From IMG/VR virus record IMGVR_UViG_3300034073_001700, positions 1 to 64,000 of that record: a stretch of DNA of 64,000 bases, one strand, 5' to 3'. Both the position numbers and the translations under genes were made by a program. The notes below the pieces were generated by a model. The model saw only the letters and a program-made list of their open reading frames with translations. It did not search any database and was not told the origin of the DNA. Below are positions 56,583-64,000 of the stretch, piece after piece (positions within the stretch are counted from its first letter, which is position 1; each line of letters starts with the position of its first letter). The stretch is from a virus.

Positions 56583-57126
56583 ATTTGAAAATGTTTTTAC
56601 TAAAGAGCAACTAAAAACAATTAAAGAAGTAATTAGTTCTTCTGAAATAGACCAAATAAATACAGAATTAGGAAGATTACAATATAAGTCACCTTTGGAT
56701 TTTCCATTTGATTTATTAAATGAAATTAATTATTTAATTTTTAAAAATTTTAACAACTTAGCATTAGGCCCTGTTTCGGTAGTAGAATATAGTGCAAAAT
56801 ATGGTAAGCCAAATTTGCCAGTACATTACGATCATGATTCAAGTGACCTGGTATTTAATTTTCAACTGGAATCAAACACATCTTGGGATATTGGCATAGA
56901 TAAAACTGTTTATAGTTTAAAAGATAATGAGGCTATCCTATTTAATCCAAATAAATACACTCATTGGAGACCGCATAAAACCTTTAAGGATGGTGAATAT
57001 GTTAAGATGATATTCTTTAGGTTTCATAATCCAACAGAAATATCAGATTATTCTCACCTTGATTTGAGTCAAGAGAATGAAATTTTTAAAGAAGTTCGTG
57101 AATTTAGGGATAGCCTGGGCACTTGA
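56569..57126 (+). CDS. 2OG-Fe(II) oxygenase-like protein
   Basis: LPVHYD, HWRP, MIFFRF. Confidence 0.65.
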   Translation: MEIIKFENVFTKEQLKTIKEVISSSEIDQINTELGRLQYKSPLDFPFDLLNEINYLIFKNFNNLALGPVSVVEYSAKYGKPNLPVHYDHDSSDLVFNFQLESNTSWDIGIDKTVYSLKDNEAILFNPNKYTHWRPHKTFKDGEYVKMIFFRFHNPTEISDYSHLDLSQENEIFKEVREFRDSLGT

Positions 57127-57190
57127 CAAATACCCCCACTCTGTTCTATAATTAATACTGTAAGCACACAACCTAACAGAAAGATATAAC

Positions 57191-57352
57191 ATGAGCAGAT
57201 CATTTGCAGAGGCAGTTAAGTATAACGATACATATTCATCAATGTTTGGACAAGATACAGTAATGGATCAGCCTACATGGGGAATTTTTCAAGATGCCCC
57301 CAGATTTCATGATGATTGGAACGAAGATCTATTTGAAGATGGTGAGGAATAA
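57191..57352 (+). CDS. 53-aa acidic protein, not in ORF track
   Basis: Promoter TTGACA..TATAAT and SD-like AGAAAGA upstream. Confidence 0.55.
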   Translation: MSRSFAEAVKYNDTYSSMFGQDTVMDQPTWGIFQDAPRFHDDWNEDLFEDGEE

Positions 57353-57354
57353 TA

Positions 57355-58569
57355 ATGAAAAAGTTAATCGCTATTGTTTTTGCAGTTTCTTTAATTGCTC
57401 CCTCGCCTGCTCAGGCTGATGATTTTTCTGACAAGACAAAGTTACAACAAGAGGCAGAGACTTTATACAGAACATCTCTTGAGCAAATTAATCAACAATA
57501 CTCTAAAAATGTTTTAGATATTAAAAATAATTATGACCTAAATTTACAAAAAATCAAAAACACTGCTGGTGTTAAAGAAACACAATCTATTTCTGACTAT
57601 AACAATGCATTGTTAAAGTGGAAAGAAGTAGATCAGGTCAAGTTAAATAATTTTAGACCATATTCATGGCCTCTTGATGCAGGGAAATCATTTACATACA
57701 CAATCAATAGTCCGTTTGTTGCGGGTGGGGTTTTGTCAGATACCTTATCTTATCAAGATGATCCTCATGCTTTTAAAAATATCTTTAATGTAGTAAATTT
57801 TGATTCATGCTATGCAAATAATACATGGGCATGTCCACAAAACAATATCTATCAACTCAAAGAAAGAGTTGATCGTAGACCAACATGGGATTTTGAAGGT
57901 ATATCAAAAGGTGCAGTTTTTCATAAAACAACAGTCGCTTCTACCATAGTTGCGTTTAATAACTCTTTATTAATTTCAGTAAAAGATGATGGATCGGCGG
58001 TACCTTTTTCAGAGTTTAGTTCTATTAGAAATAATGCAAAAACATCTTACCTTAATATGCTATCTGCTCAGTCTGAACACCAAGCATTGATTGCATCAGT
58101 AAATACCGAATATGCTAATCAAATGTCAAATGCTGAAAAGTCTAAAAATTCTTTAATTGCAAAAGCAGAGTCGGACAGATCTGGCACATTATCTTCTATT
58201 AGTTGGGTTGATAATGCTAACAAGACACTGATTTCACATTTTCCAGACAAAGTTAAGTCTGAATTGATGAAAGATGGATACTTTAAACCATTAAAGCCAT
58301 TTTATTATACTTCAAAAACTGGAAGGTATATTGTAAGTGCTACAATGATTGATAACTATACTGTAGTTGCTACGGCTGGTCCAGAATACAAAAGATATAA
58401 GTATGTTTATACAAAAAAAGAACAGGCTGATCATATCAAAAGTTCTAAAAATTTGCTAAAGAAGCAAACAAAACCATATTACGATACAATTAATCAGGCA
58501 AAATCTATGGGATGGAAGGTAGAGTGTAAGGATAAAACCCCTTGCAAAATTAAATATATCAAAAACTAA
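57355..58569 (+). CDS. Secreted protein of unknown function
   Basis: Signal peptide MKKLIAIVFAVSLIAPSPAQA; coiled-coil segments. Confidence 0.7.
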   Translation: MKKLIAIVFAVSLIAPSPAQADDFSDKTKLQQEAETLYRTSLEQINQQYSKNVLDIKNNYDLNLQKIKNTAGVKETQSISDYNNALLKWKEVDQVKLNNFRPYSWPLDAGKSFTYTINSPFVAGGVLSDTLSYQDDPHAFKNIFNVVNFDSCYANNTWACPQNNIYQLKERVDRRPTWDFEGISKGAVFHKTTVASTIVAFNNSLLISVKDDGSAVPFSEFSSIRNNAKTSYLNMLSAQSEHQALIASVNTEYANQMSNAEKSKNSLIAKAESDRSGTLSSISWVDNANKTLISHFPDKVKSELMKDGYFKPLKPFYYTSKTGRYIVSATMIDNYTVVATAGPEYKRYKYVYTKKEQADHIKSSKNLLKKQTKPYYDTINQAKSMGWKVECKDKTPCKIKYIKN

Positions 58570-58576
58570 GGTTTAA

Positions 58577-58650
58577 GGAGCAGTAGCCAAGTTGGTCAAG
58601 GCCCCGAACTCATAATTCGGTTATCGTAGGTTCGAGTCCTACCTGCTCTA
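58577..58650 (+). tRNA. tRNA with CAT anticodon (elongator Met or Ile2)
   Basis: Cloverleaf; CCGAA-CTCATAA-TTCGG; GTTCGA T-loop. Confidence 0.88.
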
Positions 58651-58670
58651 CAGTGATACAATAGAATAAT

Positions 58671-58743
58671 TGATCTGTAGTTCAGTTGGTAGAACACTCG
58701 ACTGTTAATCGAGATGTCGCAGGATCGAGACCTGCCAGATCAG
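58671..58743 (+). tRNA. tRNA-Asn(GTT)
   Basis: CTCGA-CTGTTAA-TCGAG; atypical T-loop GATCGA. Confidence 0.88.
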
Positions 58744-58747
58744 CGAA

Positions 58748-58821
58748 GGTCCGTTAGTTCAGTTGGTTAGAACGCTACCCTGTCACGGTAGAGGTCGTGA
58801 GTTCAAGTCTCATACGGATCG
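58748..58821 (+). tRNA. tRNA-Asp(GTC)
   Basis: CTACC-CTGTCAC-GGTAG; GTTCAA T-loop. Confidence 0.9.
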
Positions 58822-58823
58822 CA

Positions 58824-58896
58824 GAGAAGGTAGGTGCTGTATGTGTGCCAGGGAAAAGGGAAACACATGTATAGCAAGTTGCAACCCTACCTTCTC
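58824..58896 (+). ncRNA. tRNA-sized structured element within tRNA cluster
   Basis: GAGAAGGTAGG/CCTACCTTCTC outer stem plus inner TGCTGTATGTGT/ACACATGTATAGCA stem. Confidence 0.45.
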
Positions 58897-58904
58897 CCTA
58901 TTTT

Positions 58905-58976
58905 GGCACTATCGTCTATCGGCTAGGACATCGCCCTTTCACGGCGGAAAGACGGGTTCGATTCCCGTTAGTGCTA
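58905..58976 (+). tRNA. tRNA-Glu(TTC)
   Basis: TCGCC-CTTTCAC-GGCGG; GTTCGA T-loop. Confidence 0.9.
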
Positions 58977-59004
58977 CACTTTAAAGTTATGGTATTATAT
59001 AGAG

Positions 59005-59688
59005 ATGGAAAAAATATATTTAGATGAAGACAAAAAGGTTTGGATTATTGAAAACTTCCTTACCGAAGAAGAACTAAAATGGTTTAAAGAGCAAACCGAC
59101 GATGAAAATGGGTGGTACCCAACAATGAGGTCTCCATATAGAAATATATTAAATAAATTTTTAAATATCGTTCCAAGATATGACGACACTGGTAACATTA
59201 TATTCCCAGATGAAAACTCTCAAGTATTACAACTAGAAATTTTTACTAAACCTGGCGGAATTTGGGATAGACTTGAATCTGTATTGCCACCAGTATATGG
59301 AAGACATGCTACATTACAATCTTTTAAGTATATGACAGATGAAGAAATAAAGGAAGCAGTAAACGATACATTATTAAGAGAATATAAGATTAAAGTTGAA
59401 GATATAGACTTTGCTATGTACTGGCATCAAGATCCAGATGAAGAGCAGAACATAATTTGTTCTTTTAGTCTTTACCTAAACGACGACTTTGAAGGTGGAG
59501 AATTGGAATTTGCAGAAGTTCCAATCAAACTAAAGCCAAAGGCTGGGACCTTGGCCGTAATACCTGGCGGACATAAGTATCGACATAGGGTAAATAAGGT
59601 GTTAGGCCCTAATTCACGTCATACCCTATATGGAAACTCTTTTATAGATGCTTCTAAGATACCTCAAAGCACAAAAGATGACTGCTAA
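59005..59688 (+). CDS. 2OG-Fe(II) oxygenase
   Basis: WHQD, YLNDDFEGGELEF, HRV...RH. Confidence 0.85.
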   Translation: MEKIYLDEDKKVWIIENFLTEEELKWFKEQTDDENGWYPTMRSPYRNILNKFLNIVPRYDDTGNIIFPDENSQVLQLEIFTKPGGIWDRLESVLPPVYGRHATLQSFKYMTDEEIKEAVNDTLLREYKIKVEDIDFAMYWHQDPDEEQNIICSFSLYLNDDFEGGELEFAEVPIKLKPKAGTLAVIPGGHKYRHRVNKVLGPNSRHTLYGNSFIDASKIPQSTKDDC

Positions 59689-59727
59689 AAGAGTGTTATA
59701 ATAATCCCATAACCCCACAGGAGGTAA

Positions 59728-60546
59728 TTGATGAAATCAATTTACGATATCGAATTGGAATCAGCCGAAGGCGTTCCACACTTTATGCAACAGTTTAAGG
59801 GCAAAGCGATCATGCTTATCAACACAACAGTTGGTTGTGGAAATGCTGGTCAAATGCAACCCATTCAATGGATACAGGAAGACCTTGCGGGAGAAGATTT
59901 CTCCGTTGTTGCAATCCCAACAAATGATTTCTGTGGCCCAAGCATTACAAAAGGCAAGTGGTCTAAAGGAATTGAAAAAGGTTTAGACTCAAAGAACTAC
60001 GGAGAAGATGTATACGGAGTTACATTCCCATTCTCACAAATGATTACATCTAATCCAGCAGAGATTCCATTAGAGGCTCCATGGCTTGGAAAAGGCCCAG
60101 GACTTAACGGAAATGGAGAGCCTTTTGGAGAAAGACACGAACTTTATTTAGAAGTTTCAGAACAAATTAAAGCAATACAGTTAAAGAAAATAGAACTTGG
60201 TATTGTAGAAAGGACAGATTACGAATCACGTTATTTAAATGAACACAACGGTGGCTTGTATATGAACTGTAACTTTGAAAAATATTTAATTGATAAGGAC
60301 GGATATGTTGTTAAGCACTATCCTTGCACAACATTAAATTATGATGTTGAAAAGACACTCAAAGAAGACCTTTTAGAAAAGGGAATTTTTGCAAAAATGG
60401 GTCCAGATAGATCCCCTTCTATTTTTGACGAAGAAAACAGAGTTATCCGTGACCACATTCAGCGTCTTATGAATGGAGAAAAATCAATTATTAATCCTAG
60501 TAATACGCTAACAGAAAAGTCTAAAGAACCACTGACAATCTCATAA
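59728..60546 (+). CDS. Divergent glutathione peroxidase-family protein
   Basis: FKGK..LINT..GCG, IPTNDF, YGVTFP, NFEKYLID. Confidence 0.75.
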   Translation: MMKSIYDIELESAEGVPHFMQQFKGKAIMLINTTVGCGNAGQMQPIQWIQEDLAGEDFSVVAIPTNDFCGPSITKGKWSKGIEKGLDSKNYGEDVYGVTFPFSQMITSNPAEIPLEAPWLGKGPGLNGNGEPFGERHELYLEVSEQIKAIQLKKIELGIVERTDYESRYLNEHNGGLYMNCNFEKYLIDKDGYVVKHYPCTTLNYDVEKTLKEDLLEKGIFAKMGPDRSPSIFDEENRVIRDHIQRLMNGEKSIINPSNTLTEKSKEPLTIS

Positions 60547-60604
60547 AAATATAAACTATTTTCTCCTATGGTATACTTAATATATAGCATAGGAGAAAAT
60601 TTTT

Positions 60605-61036
60605 ATGAGCATATATGATTTATCATTTACTGATAACAATAAAAATGTTATACAGTTAAAGAATTTTGAAGGAAAAAATATATTAATAGTCAACACTGCA
60701 AGTCATTGTGGAAATACCCCACAGTATGCAGATTTACAAAAAATACAAAGTGATTCGTTGGTTGTTATTGGCTTTCCTTGCAACCAGTTTGGTAATCAGG
60801 AGCCAGGAACCAATGATGAAATTAAGGCTTTTTGTACAACTAATTACGGTGTAACCTTCCCAGTGTCTGAAAAGGTAGAGGTTAATGGTCCTAACGCTCA
60901 CCCTATATATAAGTACTGCAAAGAGGCTACTGGAGTAAGTAATATTGGATGGAACTTTGAGAAGTTTTTAATATCTGCTGATGGGTCCATCTCTCATTAT
61001 CCTACATCTTGCCCAGTATCTGATATAATAAAATAA
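60605..61036 (+). CDS. gpx: Glutathione peroxidase (Cys type)
   Basis: VNTASHCG.TPQY, GFPCNQFG.QEPG, WNFEKFLI. Confidence 0.92.
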   Translation: MSIYDLSFTDNNKNVIQLKNFEGKNILIVNTASHCGNTPQYADLQKIQSDSLVVIGFPCNQFGNQEPGTNDEIKAFCTTNYGVTFPVSEKVEVNGPNAHPIYKYCKEATGVSNIGWNFEKFLISADGSISHYPTSCPVSDIIK

Positions 61037-61057
61037 CTACTAGTAGAAAGAAGCATA

Positions 61058-63142
61058 ATGTCAGAAGCAAAATGCCCATTCACAGGCAATAGCCTAACAA
61101 ACGAAGGAACATATAATAAGGATTGGTGGCCAAACCAGTTAGATTTGTCTCCTTTAAGAAAAAATTCAGAAAAATCTGATCCTATGGGAGAAGACTTTGA
61201 CTACGCTAAAGAGTTTAATAGTTTAGATCTTGATACTCTTAAGGCTGATATTGAGGAAGTTATGACTACCTCGCAAGATTGGTGGCCTGCCGATTACGGT
61301 AACTACGGCCCACTATTCATTCGTATGGCATGGCACTCTGCAGGTACATACAGAACAACTGATGGTCGTGGTGGCGCAGGAGAAGGCCTACATAGATTTG
61401 CTCCACAAAATTCATGGCCAGATAATGGTAATTTAGATAAGGCTCGAAGACTTCTTTGGCCTATTAAGAAGAAGTATGGAAAGAAGATTTCATGGGCAGA
61501 CCTCATGATTCTTGCTGGTAACGTTGCTTTAGAAAACATGGGCTTTAAGACTTTCGGTTTTGGTGGAGGTCGTGAAGATGTTTGGGAAGCAGATGATACT
61601 TACTGGGGTAGTGAAAAGGAATGGCTTGCAGACAATCGCTATAGCGGAGATCGTGAGTTAGAGAATCCTCTTGCTGCAGTTCAGATGGGTTTGATTTATG
61701 TAAACCCTGAGGGTCCAAATGGTAATCCAGATCCACTTCTATCTGCTCGTGATATTCGTGAGACATTTGCTCGTATGGCAATGAACGATGAAGAGACTGT
61801 AGCACTTATTGCTGGAGGACATGCATTTGGTAAAGCACATGGTGCTGGAGATCCTAAGCATGTTGGTCCAGAACCAGAAGGTGCACCAATTGAAGAACAA
61901 GGTCTTGGATGGAAAAATTCATTTGGAAAGGGTAATGCAGAAGATACTATTACAAGTGGTATCGAAGGTGCATGGACTCCAACTCCAACAAAGTGGGATA
62001 ACACCTACCTTAAACTATTATTTAAGTATGACTGGAAGCAGGTAAAGAGTCCTGCTGGTGCTACACAATGGATTCCCACAGATGAGTCTGCTGCTAATTT
62101 AGTTCCAGACGCACACGTTGAGGGTAAATTCCATGCTCCAGTTATGACAACTGCAGACTTAGCACTTAAGTTTGATCCAGAATATGAAAAGATTTCAAGA
62201 CGATTCCTTGAAGACTTTGACTATTTCTCTGATCAATTTGCTCGTGCCTGGTTTAAGTTGACGCATAGAGATATGGGTCCAATTGCAAGGTATCTTGGTA
62301 AAGAGGTTCCTGTAGAAGAACTAATTTGGCAGGACCCAGTTCCTGTATCAATTACAAAGGATATTGATGTAGAGAGTATTAAGAATAGAATTAAATCTTC
62401 TGATATTCCTATGTATCATTTTGTCTATACGGCATGGGCTTCTGCGTCTACCTTCCGCAAAACAGATAAGCGTGGTGGTGCAAATGGCGCTCGTATACTA
62501 CTTGAGCCACAGCGTAGTTGGGAAGTAAATGATAACTCAATAATTTCTAGCGCTGTTGATTTCCTTAGCACGGTTCAAAAAGAACATATGATTTCTATGG
62601 CAGATTTAATTGTTCTTGCTGGATGTGCAGCAATCGAAAAGGCTTCTGGAGAAAGAGTTAAGGTTCCATTTACTCCTGGTCGTGGAGATGCAACTCAAGA
62701 GCAGACCGATGTTGAGTCTTTCAAAGTTCTTGAACCTATCGCAGATGGCTTTAGAAATTATTTAGGAAAAGGCACTACAGTTCCTTCAGAAATTTTGTTG
62801 GTAGAGAAGGCTAATATGCTAAATCTAACCCCAGTAGAGATGGTTGTTCTTCTTGCTGGAATGAGAACATTAGTGATTGATACACTAAATAATGGCTATC
62901 TGATTAGTCTTTTGTCTGGACAAATTTCTTGGAAGCAAACATCTATTGATAATTTCCAAGGATATGTCAACGGAGAACTAGTTGGTAATGCAACTCGTGT
63001 TGATCTGATTACTGGATCAAACTCAGAACTCCGTGCTATTGCAGAGGTATATGCTTCTGACGATGCAAATGATAAGTTTGTGTCTGACTTTGCTAAAGCA
63101 TGGAATAAGGTAATGATGCTTGATAGGTTTGATGTCAAGTAA
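61058..63142 (+). CDS. katG: Catalase-peroxidase
   Basis: [43 protein letters not shown]. Confidence 0.97.
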   Translation: MSEAKCPFTGNSLTNEGTYNKDWWPNQLDLSPLRKNSEKSDPMGEDFDYAKEFNSLDLDTLKADIEEVMTTSQDWWPADYGNYGPLFIRMAWHSAGTYRTTDGRGGAGEGLHRFAPQNSWPDNGNLDKARRLLWPIKKKYGKKISWADLMILAGNVALENMGFKTFGFGGGREDVWEADDTYWGSEKEWLADNRYSGDRELENPLAAVQMGLIYVNPEGPNGNPDPLLSARDIRETFARMAMNDEETVALIAGGHAFGKAHGAGDPKHVGPEPEGAPIEEQGLGWKNSFGKGNAEDTITSGIEGAWTPTPTKWDNTYLKLLFKYDWKQVKSPAGATQWIPTDESAANLVPDAHVEGKFHAPVMTTADLALKFDPEYEKISRRFLEDFDYFSDQFARAWFKLTHRDMGPIARYLGKEVPVEELIWQDPVPVSITKDIDVESIKNRIKSSDIPMYHFVYTAWASASTFRKTDKRGGANGARILLEPQRSWEVNDNSIISSAVDFLSTVQKEHMISMADLIVLAGCAAIEKASGERVKVPFTPGRGDATQEQTDVESFKVLEPIADGFRNYLGKGTTVPSEILLVEKANMLNLTPVEMVVLLAGMRTLVIDTLNNGYLISLLSGQISWKQTSIDNFQGYVNGELVGNATRVDLITGSNSELRAIAEVYASDDANDKFVSDFAKAWNKVMMLDRFDVK

Positions 63143-63154
63143 TAAGTAGGGGTT

Positions 63155-63226
63155 GCCTCCTTAACTCAGGGGTAGAGTACCCGCCTTGTAAGCGGGTTGT
63201 CGTAGGTTCAAATCCTACAGGAGGCT
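63155..63226 (+). tRNA. tRNA-Thr(TGT)
   Basis: CCCGC-CTTGTAA-GCGGG; GTTCAA T-loop; acceptor GCCTCCT/AGGAGGC. Confidence 0.9.
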
Positions 63227-63242
63227 CTGATATAATTTAATT

Positions 63243-63425
63243 ATGGATTTAGAAAAAGAAATTAAAAATATATTATTTAATATAGGAAAAGATATACAGA
63301 TCCATAAACTTATTGATGGCAACATGATTATTGAAATAGATTATGACAAATACGTATCTGAAATTAAAAATCTAATAGATAATTATTTACTGGAAGATGG
63401 ATTCCAGAATAAAGAATCATTGTAA
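63243..63425 (+). CDS. Hypothetical protein
   Basis: Leaderless-type TGATATAAT-6-ATG. Confidence 0.55.
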   Translation: MDLEKEIKNILFNIGKDIQIHKLIDGNMIIEIDYDKYVSEIKNLIDNYLLEDGFQNKESL

Positions 63426-64000
63426 TATATTTCTTTATCAAACATAAAATGATTATAAATATAATCTTTTTCCTCTTGACTTAGTTTATTAAATAAAGAT
63501 TCGGAGGCATAGTTTTTAAATGTTAGACTATCTGTTTCTCCTAAATTTATCTTTATATCTACGCCTAAGTCTGAAGATATTTTGTTGACTAGATCATAAT
63601 AGTTCATATTTTTTAAATCTTTGTGCCTAAGCATCAAGTTAGTTCTTTTAATTCTTTTATATACTAATTCTTTATTTATTATAAAGTTATCTTTATGCTT
63701 CACCCTTGACTCATATATAGTATTGCCTATGCTTGGCTCTAAAATAAAGTTTTGTGATTGAAAATCTTTTAAGTAAGTAAACTCAGACAAAGCCTTATAT
63801 ATTTGATATTTCTCTATTTCTAGACTAGCGCCATTATGTTTTAGTATAAAGTTATTATTTTTATCTATTAGCCCAACTTCATCTGAAATCATATGTGCGA
63901 GGGCACTTATAAAAAATTCTACTGGATCTCTAAATATTGTAATAACATATGTTTCATCATCTATATCTTTATACCAGCCACCATGCTTATGAATATTAGA
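63383..64000 (-). CDS. Sulfotransferase-like protein, 5' end outside the window
   Basis: Frame stays open to 64000 and reads ...YVITIFRDPVEFFIS (3'-PB motif); ends FD.EIY. Confidence 0.6.
   Translation of the reverse strand, partial: SNIHKHGGWYKDIDDETYVITIFRDPVEFFISALAHMISDEVGLIDKNNNFILKHNGASLEIEKYQIYKALSEFTYLKDFQSQNFILEPSIGNTIYESRVKHKDNFIINKELVYKRIKRTNLMLRHKDLKNMNYYDLVNKISSDLGVDIKINLGETDSLTFKNYASESLFNKLSQEEKDYIYNHFMFDKEIYYNDSLFWNPSSSK

Noticed and set aside
58763-58984. 73-aa ORF
   Set aside because: Overlaps tRNA-Asp and tRNA-Glu
59728-61036. Selenocysteine in the peroxidases or alternative genetic code in the window
   Set aside because: Active-site residue is Cys; long genes translate intact with the standard code

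Overview
A 64-kb piece of a large AT-rich tailed-phage genome. The host is probably actinobacterial, inferred from AGAAAGGA ribosome-binding sites, many apparently leaderless TAnnnT-ATG starts and PafBC/CRP-type boxes. Positions 1-35.5 kb (almost all minus strand) hold late and structural genes: the probable start of the capsid gene, prohead protease/scaffold, portal, a LamG virion protein, tail fibres, collagen-like proteins and a holin-like protein. A class II ribonucleotide reductase and two parallel cassettes interrupt this block. Each cassette has a Pro-rich protein with a Cys-rich tail (one carries about 105 aa of (Pro-Phe-Phe)n), then a small chaperone-like gene, then 2OG-Fe(II) oxygenases; the second cassette also has a GDP-mannose 3,5-epimerase-like enzyme and two fucosyltransferase-like enzymes. 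Together they look like a phage-encoded hydroxyproline-glycoprotein system. Positions 37.6-48.8 kb form a divergently transcribed early-type region of small genes. Its intergenic DNA repeats PafBC-type promoters, CRP-type palindromes, DnaA boxes and 9-bp-period CGGACA repeats, and carries four copies of a covarying H-type pseudoknot RNA, one next to an anti-Shine-Dalgarno hairpin. Positions 48.8-49.7 kb are an iteron-like, mostly non-coding region. Positions 50-64 kb carry accessory metabolic genes (TauD, more oxygenases, an LLM monooxygenase, sulfotransferase-like genes, two glutathione peroxidases, KatG) and five tRNAs. All calls come from motif recognition by eye; no database search was run.
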